From a virus (taxonomy: Duplodnaviria; Heunggongvirae; Uroviricota; Caudoviricetes), in IMG/VR virus record IMGVR_UViG_2698536657_000013, positions 1 through 5,110 of that record: DNA of 5,110 nucleotides. One strand, written 5' to 3'. Made by a program: the position numbers and the translations under genes. The notes under the pieces were generated by a model. It was not told the DNA's origin. It made no database searches and was given only the letters and a program-made list of their open reading frames with translations. Below are positions 1-5,083 of this stretch, piece by piece. Each line of letters starts with the position of its first letter. Positions within the stretch are counted from its first letter, which is position 1.

Positions 1-485
1 AGGAAATATCAAAAGTTCTTATGAATGTGGCCATTGTCAACGGCATTAAGATGGCCGCAAACAGTATGTCCGGTGCAGGAGGATTTTTCGGCAGTATAGG
101 CAACTGGCTGGGTGGCGCGGTGGCAAATGCAAAAGGCGGCGTTTATACCTCGGCAAACCTGAGTGCATACAGTAACAGTATTGTGGACACGCCCACGTAC
201 TTTGCCTTTGCAAAAGGGGCAGGGCTGATGGGGGAAGCCGGACCTGAAGCCATCATGCCCCTGACCCGGGCAGCGGATGGTTCACTCGGCGTGCGTGCGG
301 TGGGCAGTATGAACGGCAGTGCGGGTCTGGTGTATTCCCCGGTGTACCACATTGCCATTCAGAATGACGGCGCTAACGGGCAGATAGGGCCGGAAGCGGT
401 GGGCACCCTTGTGCAACTGATTGACCAGCGGGTACAGGCGGTGATGTTATCCATGCGTCGTGACGGAGGAATGCTGAGTGGATGA
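1..485 (+). CDS. Tail tape-measure protein (lambda gpH-like), C-terminal part; 5' end lies outside the window (codon_start 3)
   Basis: Frame 3 is open from the window edge (no in-frame stop before the listed ATG at 21) to TGA at 483-485. Gly/Ala/Ser-rich C-terminal sequence. Stop overlaps the GTG start of the M homolog by 8 nt, as expected for H-M in lambdoid tail operons. Confidence 0.75.
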   Translation, partial: EISKVLMNVAIVNGIKMAANSMSGAGGFFGSIGNWLGGAVANAKGGVYTSANLSAYSNSIVDTPTYFAFAKGAGLMGEAGPEAIMPLTRAADGSLGVRAVGSMNGSAGLVYSPVYHIAIQNDGANGQIGPEAVGTLVQLIDQRVQAVMLSMRRDGGMLSG

Positions 486-819
486 GATTAAGACCCTTCA
501 CTGGTGTCCCCGGGAAGGGATGCAGGTGACGGAGAAACCGTCGGTGGTGACGGTGAAGTTTGGCGACGGTTATCAGCAACGTCGTCCGGCAGGACTGAAT
601 GCGCAACTGAAGACCTTTCAGGTGGTTTTTCGGGTGACAACGGATGCTGAGCGGGAGGCACTGTCCGCGTTTCTGTCATGGCATGGTGGTTACCGGGCTT
701 TTTTGTGGAAGCCCCCGAAACATAACCGGACGGTCAGGGTGGTGTGCCGGGAGTGGAGTATTACGGATAACGCCCGGTACAGTGATTTCAGTTGCACGAT
801 AGAGCAGGTAGTCAGATGA
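478..819 (+). CDS. Minor tail protein M (lambda gpM-like)
   Basis: 113-aa ORF with GTG start at 478, preceded by GGAGGA (464-469). Product shows gpM-like blocks (VKFGDGYQQRRPAGLNA, HGGYRAFLWKPP) as recalled from the family. Lies between the tape-measure and L homologs. Confidence 0.85.
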   Translation: MDEIKTLHWCPREGMQVTEKPSVVTVKFGDGYQQRRPAGLNAQLKTFQVVFRVTTDAEREALSAFLSWHGGYRAFLWKPPKHNRTVRVVCREWSITDNARYSDFSCTIEQVVR

Positions 820-839
820 GAATTATCCTATAAATCACT

Positions 840-1017
840 CTTTATTGTTTAGTTGTTAATTATTTTTAATCTGTCTTGTCAGAAAGTGCGAAATCGATCT
901 TGTATTTACATTTTGTTACATAATATAAATTGAACTAAGAATTTGTATTAAAATATTTTAATTTTTGTTCATGACATCTGAATGCATGAATAGTTCAGTT
1001 TAAATAAGGATTAAATC
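840..1017 (+). promoter_or_regulatory. AT-rich upstream region of the porin moron; candidate sigma70 promoter and RBS
   Basis: Intergenic stretch after the M stop (817-819) is strikingly AT-rich compared with the GC-rich tail genes. One candidate promoter is TTGTAT (900-905), 18 bp spacer, TATAAA (924-929). SD AAGGA at 1006-1010 lies 7 nt before ATG 1018. The exact promoter cannot be fixed from sequence alone. Confidence 0.35.
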
Positions 1018-2172
1018 ATGAAAAAAACGACAGTGGCACTTTCTGCTGTAGCAGTGGCAGTGATGTTTGCTGCGGGGGTGCAGGCAGCAGAAGTTTATAA
1101 TAAAGATGGTAATAAACTGGATCTTTACGGGCGTGTAACCGCTCTGCATTACTTCTCGGATGATAAAGGTAATGACGGAGACCAGACTTATGCTCGTCTC
1201 GGCTTTAAAGGCGAAACGCAGATTAATGATCAACTGACCGGATTTGGTCAGTGGGAATACCAGTTCTCTGGTAACAAAACGGAATCTGAAGGTTCCGCGG
1301 GAAATAAAACCCGTCTGGCATTTGCAGGTCTGAGATTTGCAGATGTTGGTACCATTGATTACGGACGTAACTATGGTATTGCTTATGATGTCGGATCATA
1401 TACTGACGTACTGCCTGAGTTTGGTGGTGATGGCTGGACGCAGACCGATAACTTTATGACGGCCCGAACTTCCGGTGTCCTGACTTACCGTAATACAGAC
1501 TTCTTCGGGCTGGTTGATGGTCTGAATTTTGCGGCGCAGTATCAGGGCAAAAATGAGCGTGATGACCTTCAGAAGGCTAATGGCGACGGGTATGGTTTCT
1601 CGGCCAGCTATGAGTTTGATGGTTTTGGTTTTGTCGCTGCGTATACCAAGTCAGATCGTACCGATAAGCAGGTTCAGGGGTTGAACGGTACTGCAGATGT
1701 TCTTGATCCTGAATCAGGTAAAAAGGTTGGAGAAAAAACAGTTGACTCAGGTAGTGTGGCAAAAGGTAAACATGCTGAATTCTGGGGAACTGGTCTTAAA
1801 TATGATGCCAATAACCTGTATCTGGCAGCAGTGTATTCTGAAACCCAGAATATGACGACCTTTGGTGATCAAGGTGTTGCGGATAAAGCTCAGAATATCG
1901 AAGCCGTTGTTCAGTATCAGTTTGATTTTGGTCTGCGCCCGTCCCTTGCCTACCTTCAGTCCCGCGGACAGGATGTTATGGTTGGTGGTGTGAACCATGG
2001 CGATCAGGATCTGGTTAAATATATTGATGTCGGTGCGACTTATTACTTTAACAAGAATATGTCCACCTATGTTGATTATAAAATTAACCTGATTGATGAA
2101 AGTGAATTTACCCGGAAAGCCGGTGTTGCGACAGATAATATCGTTGCTGTGGGTATGACTTATCAGTTCTGA
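1018..2172 (+). CDS. Outer-membrane general porin, OmpC/OmpF/PhoE family (prophage-borne NmpC/Lc-like lysogenic-conversion porin)
   Basis: 384-aa ORF. Signal peptide [23 protein letters not shown] followed by mature N-terminus [16 protein letters not shown]. Porin hallmark blocks: [109 protein letters not shown]. Ends in ...YQF, the beta-barrel C-terminal aromatic. Codon and base composition are more AT-rich than the flanking tail genes. Confidence 0.95.
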   Translation: MKKTTVALSAVAVAVMFAAGVQAAEVYNKDGNKLDLYGRVTALHYFSDDKGNDGDQTYARLGFKGETQINDQLTGFGQWEYQFSGNKTESEGSAGNKTRLAFAGLRFADVGTIDYGRNYGIAYDVGSYTDVLPEFGGDGWTQTDNFMTARTSGVLTYRNTDFFGLVDGLNFAAQYQGKNERDDLQKANGDGYGFSASYEFDGFGFVAAYTKSDRTDKQVQGLNGTADVLDPESGKKVGEKTVDSGSVAKGKHAEFWGTGLKYDANNLYLAAVYSETQNMTTFGDQGVADKAQNIEAVVQYQFDFGLRPSLAYLQSRGQDVMVGGVNHGDQDLVKYIDVGATYYFNKNMSTYVDYKINLIDESEFTRKAGVATDNIVAVGMTYQF

Positions 2173-2198
2173 TTATTGCTGATAAGTTAATAAATACG

Positions 2199-2250
2199 GG
2201 CCGTCTGCCCTTACAGGCGGCCTGTATCAATGAAAACACAGTTTTCATTG
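2199..2250 (+). other. Two adjacent stem-loops in the porin 3' flank (RNA stability or protein-binding elements)
   Basis: Hairpin 1 at 2199-2222: GCCGTCTG / CAGGCGGC, 8 bp with one G-U pair and a 6-nt loop. Hairpin 2 at 2228-2250: perfect 10-bp inverted repeat CAATGAAAAC-aca-GTTTTCATTG. Neither is followed by a clear T-tract. Confidence 0.3.
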
Positions 2251-2345
2251 GTCACTGCGATCAGCAATTGCCATCTGGCATGTGCTGATTTAACTTTCTG
2301 TTATTACCTTTATTGGTTTTATTTTAAATTGGACTTTTATTGTTC

Positions 2346-2369
2346 GGGGCGCGTCTGCGCCCCTTTTTT
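2346..2369 (+). terminator. Rho-independent terminator ending the porin moron transcript, 12 nt upstream of L
   Basis: GGGGCGC (2346-2352), loop GTCT, GCGCCCC (2357-2363), followed by TTTTTT (2364-2369). Perfect 7-bp GC stem plus T-run. Confidence 0.7.
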
Positions 2370-2381
2370 ATGGGCGGATAT

Positions 2382-3080
2382 ATGCAGGATATTCACGAAG
2401 AAAGCCTGAACGAGTCGGTTAAGTCAGAGCAGTCACCGCGGGTGGTGCTCTGGGAAATCGACCTGACGGTGCAGGGCGGTGAGCGGTATTTTTTCTGCAA
2501 TGAGCTGAATGAAAAAGGGGAGCCGGTGACCTGGCAGGGGCGTGAATATCAGGCGTACCCGATTGAGGGCAGCGGCTTTGAGATGAACGGAAAGGGCAGC
2601 AGTGCCCGCCCGTCGCTGACGGTGTCCAATCTTTTCGGGCTGGTCACCGGGATGGCGGAGGATTTGCAGAGCCTGGTGGGTGCCACGGTGGTCCGCCGCC
2701 GGGTGTATGCGCGTTTTCTGGATGCGGTGAATTTTGTGGCAGGGAATCCTGAGGCAGACCCTGAGCAGGAGCTGACGGACCGGTGGGTGGTGGAGCAGAT
2801 GTCATCGCTGACGGCCATGACGGCCTCGTTTGTGCTGGCGACACCGACGGAGACGGACGGTGCGTTGTTTCCCGGTCGCATCATGCTGGCGAACACCTGT
2901 ATGTGGGATTACCGGGGCGATGAGTGCGGGTATAACGGTCCGGCAGTGGCGGATGAGTTCGACAACCCCACCACGGATATCCGGAAGGACAGATGCAGTA
3001 AATGCATGCGCGGGTGTGAGATGCGCGGCATGGTGGCTAATTTTGGCGGTTTCCTTTCCATCAATAAACTTTCGCAGTAA
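2382..3080 (+). CDS. Tail tip protein L (lambda gpL-like)
   Basis: ATG at 2382 (MQDIHEESLNE...). The ORF-track start at 2340 is a TTG inside the terminator hairpin and is unlikely. gpL-like blocks: VVLWEIDLT, GGERYFFCNELNEKGEPVTWQG, GKGSSARPSLTVSNLFG, FPGRIMLANTC, FGGFLSINKLSQ. C-terminal Cys cluster present. Stop TAA at 3078-3080. Confidence 0.9.
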   Translation: MQDIHEESLNESVKSEQSPRVVLWEIDLTVQGGERYFFCNELNEKGEPVTWQGREYQAYPIEGSGFEMNGKGSSARPSLTVSNLFGLVTGMAEDLQSLVGATVVRRRVYARFLDAVNFVAGNPEADPEQELTDRWVVEQMSSLTAMTASFVLATPTETDGALFPGRIMLANTCMWDYRGDECGYNGPAVADEFDNPTTDIRKDRCSKCMRGCEMRGMVANFGGFLSINKLSQ

Positions 3081-3090
3081 ATCCCGTTTT

Positions 3091-3834
3091 ATGACACAGA
3101 CTGAATCAGCGATTCTGGCGCATGCCCGGCGGTGTGCGCCAGCGGAGTCGTGCGGCTTCGTGATAAGCACCCCGGAGGGCGAACGGTACCAGCCCTGCGT
3201 GAATATCTCCGCAGAGCCGGAGGCGTATTTTCGTATTGCACCGGAAGACTGGCTGCAGGCACAGATGCAGGGGGAGATTATGGCGCTGGTCCACAGTCAT
3301 CCCGGTGGTCTGCCCTGGCTGAGCGAGGCTGACCGGCGGCTGCAGATAAAGAGTGCCCTGCCCTGGTGGCTGGTCTGCCGGGGCGACATTCACCGGTTCC
3401 GCTGTGTGCCGCACCTGACCGGACGGCGCTTTGAACACGGTGTGACGGACTGTTACAGCCTGTTCCGGGATGCATACCATCTGGCGGGGATAACGCTGCC
3501 GGATTTTGTGCGTGAGGATGACTGGTGGCGCAACGGCCAGAACCTGTACCTGGACAACCTGGCGGACAACGGCTTTTACCGGGTGTCTCCGTCCTGTGCA
3601 CAGGCGGGCGATATCCTGCTGTGCTGCTTTGGTTCATCGGTGCCGAATCATGCCGCCATTTACTGTGGCAACGGTGAACTGCTTCACCATATACCTGAAC
3701 AACTGAGTAAACGGGAGAGGTATTCTGAAAAATGGCAACGACGAACGCATTCTGTCTGGCGTCACCGCCACTGGTCCGTATCTGCCTTCACGGGGATTTA
3801 CAACGATTTGGTCGCCGCATCAGCCTGTATGTGA
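3091..3834 (+). CDS. Tail tip assembly protein K (lambda gpK-like); JAB/MPN (JAMM) metalloprotease-like domain plus NlpC/P60 domain
   Basis: ATG at 3091 (MTQTESAILAHARR...), 11 nt after the L stop. The ORF-track start at 2830 overlaps L in another frame and is rejected. JAMM motif HSHPGGLPWLSEAD (H-x-H-x7-S-x2-D) starts at nt 3292. NlpC/P60-like Cys (GVTDCYSLF) and His (VPNHAAIY). Overlaps the I gene by 103 nt as in lambda. Start is uncertain: lambda's own K annotation is shorter, so a later start is possible. Confidence 0.85.
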   Translation: MTQTESAILAHARRCAPAESCGFVISTPEGERYQPCVNISAEPEAYFRIAPEDWLQAQMQGEIMALVHSHPGGLPWLSEADRRLQIKSALPWWLVCRGDIHRFRCVPHLTGRRFEHGVTDCYSLFRDAYHLAGITLPDFVREDDWWRNGQNLYLDNLADNGFYRVSPSCAQAGDILLCCFGSSVPNHAAIYCGNGELLHHIPEQLSKRERYSEKWQRRTHSVWRHRHWSVSAFTGIYNDLVAASACM

Positions 3835-4412
3835 ACACGGCAGCGGAGGCCATCCGTGCCCTGTCGCTGCAGGTGCCGGGATTCCGCGGTCAGATGAACG
3901 AAGGCTGGTATCAGATACGTATTGCCGGTGAGGATACCGCGCCGGAGGCGGTGTATGCCCGTCTTCATGAGCCACTGAGCGGGAGGGCCGTGATTCATAT
4001 TGTACCGCGGCTGGCCGGAGCCGGGGGAAATGGTGTTTTTCAGGTGGTGCTGGGGGTTGCAGCGATTGTCGGGTCATTTTTCACTGGTGGTGCAACACTG
4101 GCGGCATGGGGCGCAGCCCTGAGTGCCGGAGGGCTGACTGCCACCACGATGCTGTTCTCACTGGGTGCCAGCATGATACTGGGTGGTGTGGCTCAGATGC
4201 TGGCCCCGAAGGCAAAGACGCCGGAGTATAAAAGTACGGATAACGGTAAACAGAACACGTATTTTTCGTCACTGGACAACATGATTGCCCAGGGTAACCC
4301 GATGCCGGTGCCTTACGGTGAAATGCTGGTTGGTTCACGACGGATATCCCAGGATATCAGCACCCGTGATGAGGGCGGAGACGGGAAAGTGGTGGTTATC
4401 GGGCGGGGATAA
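3732..4412 (+). CDS. Tail assembly protein I (lambda gpI-like; N-terminal ubiquitin-like beta-grasp domain)
   Basis: 226-aa ORF MATTNAFCLASPPLVRICLHGDLQRFGRRI... with gpI-like blocks (YQIRIAG, VIHIVPR.AGA, Gly/Ala-rich hydrophobic segment, GKQNTYFSSLDNM.AQGN, YGEM.VGSR). Starts inside the 3' end of K. Stop TAA at 4410-4412. Confidence 0.9.
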   Translation: MATTNAFCLASPPLVRICLHGDLQRFGRRISLYVNTAAEAIRALSLQVPGFRGQMNEGWYQIRIAGEDTAPEAVYARLHEPLSGRAVIHIVPRLAGAGGNGVFQVVLGVAAIVGSFFTGGATLAAWGAALSAGGLTATTMLFSLGASMILGGVAQMLAPKAKTPEYKSTDNGKQNTYFSSLDNMIAQGNPMPVPYGEMLVGSRRISQDISTRDEGGDGKVVVIGRG

Positions 4413-4451
4413 AAATAAAAAAAATCCCGCAGAGTTAGTGGAGCTGCGGGA
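4411..4451 (-). terminator. Rho-independent terminator, minus strand (cassette A)
   Basis: Read on the minus strand: stem TCCCGCAG / CTGCGGGA (4425-4451, 8 bp, 11-nt loop) followed by a U-run (plus-strand A-tract 4411-4424). The U-run abuts the stop codon of I, so it is convergent with the tail operon. Confidence 0.6.
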
Positions 4452-4509
4452 AATAACGATGAAGATTAATGTTATGGAGTTATTTTTTTGGGCAGAAAAA
4501 CATTAACGC
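4411..4509 (-). ncRNA. Putative small RNA, cassette A (about 100 nt, minus strand)
   Basis: Bounded by minus-strand -10 TATAAT (plus coordinates 4516-4521) and the terminator at 4411-4451. No convincing ORF with an RBS. Body contains A-rich runs and the pyrimidine motif AACUCC. Ends with a U-tail. Start is estimated, not mapped. Confidence 0.3.
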
Positions 4510-4542
4510 AGCGAAATTATAAGCGCTACATGGATTTTGCGA

Positions 4543-4564
4543 AAATGTGAAGAAATTCAGAAAT
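4543..4564. promoter_or_regulatory. CRP-like box (AAATGTGA-agaaat-TCAGAaat) upstream of the minus-strand -10 of cassette A
   Basis: Matches the CRP consensus AAATGTGA-N6-TCACATTT with one half-site mismatch (TCAGA). The 5' T of TGTGA is 25 bp from the minus-strand TATAAT, placing the site centre roughly 41-45 bp upstream of the predicted start (class II-like). Confidence 0.35.
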
Positions 4565-4640
4565 TTTTTGCTGCAGAGGTGCAGGGAGCTTGCCGGGTAT
4601 CTGTGGCAGAAGACAGAAAACATCATGCCGGGGTTAAGGG

Positions 4641-4676
4641 ATAAAAAAATCCCGCAGAGTTAGCGGAGCTGCGGGA
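4641..4676 (-). terminator. Rho-independent terminator, minus strand (cassette B)
   Basis: Same 8-bp stem (4650-4657 / 4669-4676) followed on the minus strand by 7 U (plus-strand A-run 4643-4649). Confidence 0.6.
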
Positions 4677-4740
4677 CAGAACCGATGAAGATTAACGTTC
4701 AAGGAGTTTTGTTTTTATTGACCCGAAAAAACTGTAACGC
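4641..4740 (-). ncRNA. Putative small RNA, cassette B (about 100 nt, minus strand)
   Basis: Bounded by minus-strand -10 TATCAT (4747-4752) and the terminator at 4641-4676. Body shares AACUCCUUGAACGUUAAUCUUCAUCG with cassette A. Confidence 0.3.
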
Positions 4741-4773
4741 CCCGGAATGATATCTGCCATGGGGACGCACAGG

Positions 4774-4795
4774 AAATGTGAAGAAATTCAGACTT
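4774..4795. promoter_or_regulatory. CRP-like box, cassette B
   Basis: AAATGTGA-agaaat-TCAGActt. Same 25-bp offset to minus-strand TATCAT (4747-4752). Confidence 0.35.
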
Positions 4796-4877
4796 TTTCT
4801 GTCGCAGGTTTACAGAACGGATTACCGCCGGGGTACCAGTGGCGTAAATGAGCCGGATGTTGTGGTGCGGCTGAAGC

Positions 4878-4917
4878 AAAAAAATCTCCCGTAATATCGC
4901 CGGATACTGACGGGAGA
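4878..4917 (-). terminator. Rho-independent terminator, minus strand (cassette C)
   Basis: Stem TCTCCCGT / ACGGGAGA (4885-4892 / 4910-4917) followed on the minus strand by 7 U (plus-strand A-run 4878-4884). Sequence differs from A and B but pairing is fully preserved. Confidence 0.55.
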
Positions 4918-4980
4918 CGAATAGTCACCTTAAGGAGGTCTGATAATTATTGCTTTTATTGAGCAAAAAAACTGTAACGC
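4878..4980 (-). ncRNA. Putative small RNA, cassette C (about 100 nt, minus strand)
   Basis: Bounded by minus-strand -10 TATAAT (4987-4992) and the terminator at 4878-4917. Body contains ACCUCCUUA, identical to the 16S rRNA anti-Shine-Dalgarno sequence. Confidence 0.3.
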
Positions 4981-5013
4981 TGCATCATTATAGCGGCTAC
5001 AGGCAATTGCCGG

Positions 5014-5035
5014 AAATGTGAAGAATTTCAGAAAT
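5014..5035. promoter_or_regulatory. CRP-like box, cassette C
   Basis: AAATGTGA-agaatt-TCAGAaat. Same 25-bp offset to minus-strand TATAAT (4987-4992). Confidence 0.35.
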
Positions 5036-5051
5036 TTTATTCCGTCATGAC

Positions 5052-5083
5052 ACAGGCACCCTCCGGGGTGCCTGTCGTTTTCT
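5052..5083 (+). terminator. Rho-independent terminator, plus strand
   Basis: ACAGGCACCC (5052-5061), loop TCCG, GGGTGCCTGT (5066-5075), then cgTTTTcT (5076-5083). Perfect 10-bp stem. The T-run is modest (4 T). Confidence 0.5.

Larger units (their letters stand above)
4411..4640. repeat. Repeat cassette A (first of three tandem degenerate ~230-bp units)
   Basis: Shares with cassette B a near-identical A-tract plus hairpin (AAAAAAATCCCGCAGAGTTAGyGGAGCTGCGGGA), GATGAAGATTAAyGTT and GGAGTT. Shares with B and C the motif AAAAAcwkTAACGC and the box AAATGTGAAGAAATTCAGA. Confidence 0.6.
4641..4877. repeat. Repeat cassette B
   Basis: Same ordered motifs as cassette A: hairpin 4650-4676, GATGAAGATTAACGTT 4684-4699, AAAAAACTGTAACGC 4726-4740, AAATGTGAAGAAATTCAGA 4774-4792. 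Confidence 0.6.

Noticed and set aside
143-679. Minus-strand ORFs 143-358, 373-606 and 488-679
   Set aside because: They lie inside the tape-measure and M coding sequences, which have clear homology and synteny. They are frame artefacts of GC-rich coding DNA with no RBS.
1000-1998. Minus-strand ORFs 1000-1233, 1577-1762 and 1747-1998
   Set aside because: Antisense to the porin gene, whose identity is unambiguous. Low-complexity products.
2199-2222. Hairpin at 2199-2222 as the porin terminator
   Set aside because: The stem is reasonable but there is no T-tract after it. The hairpin at 2346-2369 with six T is the better terminator.
2340-2381. ORF-track start of L at 2340 (TTG)
   Set aside because: The TTG lies inside the terminator hairpin at 2346-2369. 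The homologous N-terminus (MQDIHEE...) begins at ATG 2382.
820-2381. Insertion sequence or transposon as the vehicle of the porin insertion
   Set aside because: No transposase ORF and no terminal inverted or direct repeats were seen at the M-porin or porin-L junctions.
2830-3090. N-terminal extension of the K ORF (2830-3090)
   Set aside because: It overlaps the 3' part of L in another frame. The conserved K N-terminus starts at ATG 3091 just after the L stop.
2549-4338. Ten overlapping ORFs on both strands (2549-2896, 2644-2844, 2802-3170, 3106-3480, 3132-3332, 3278-3637, 3506-3706, 3798-3998, 3820-4077, 4081-4338)
   Set aside because: All are embedded in the L, K and I coding regions. Products are Pro/Arg/Gly-rich, typical of alternative-frame translation of GC-rich genes.
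4285-4506. ORF 4285-4506 (73 aa, plus strand)
   Set aside because: Its first 128 nt overlap the end of I out of frame and it then reads through the terminator hairpin. Only its last 15 codons are discussed, as the mini-ORF finding.
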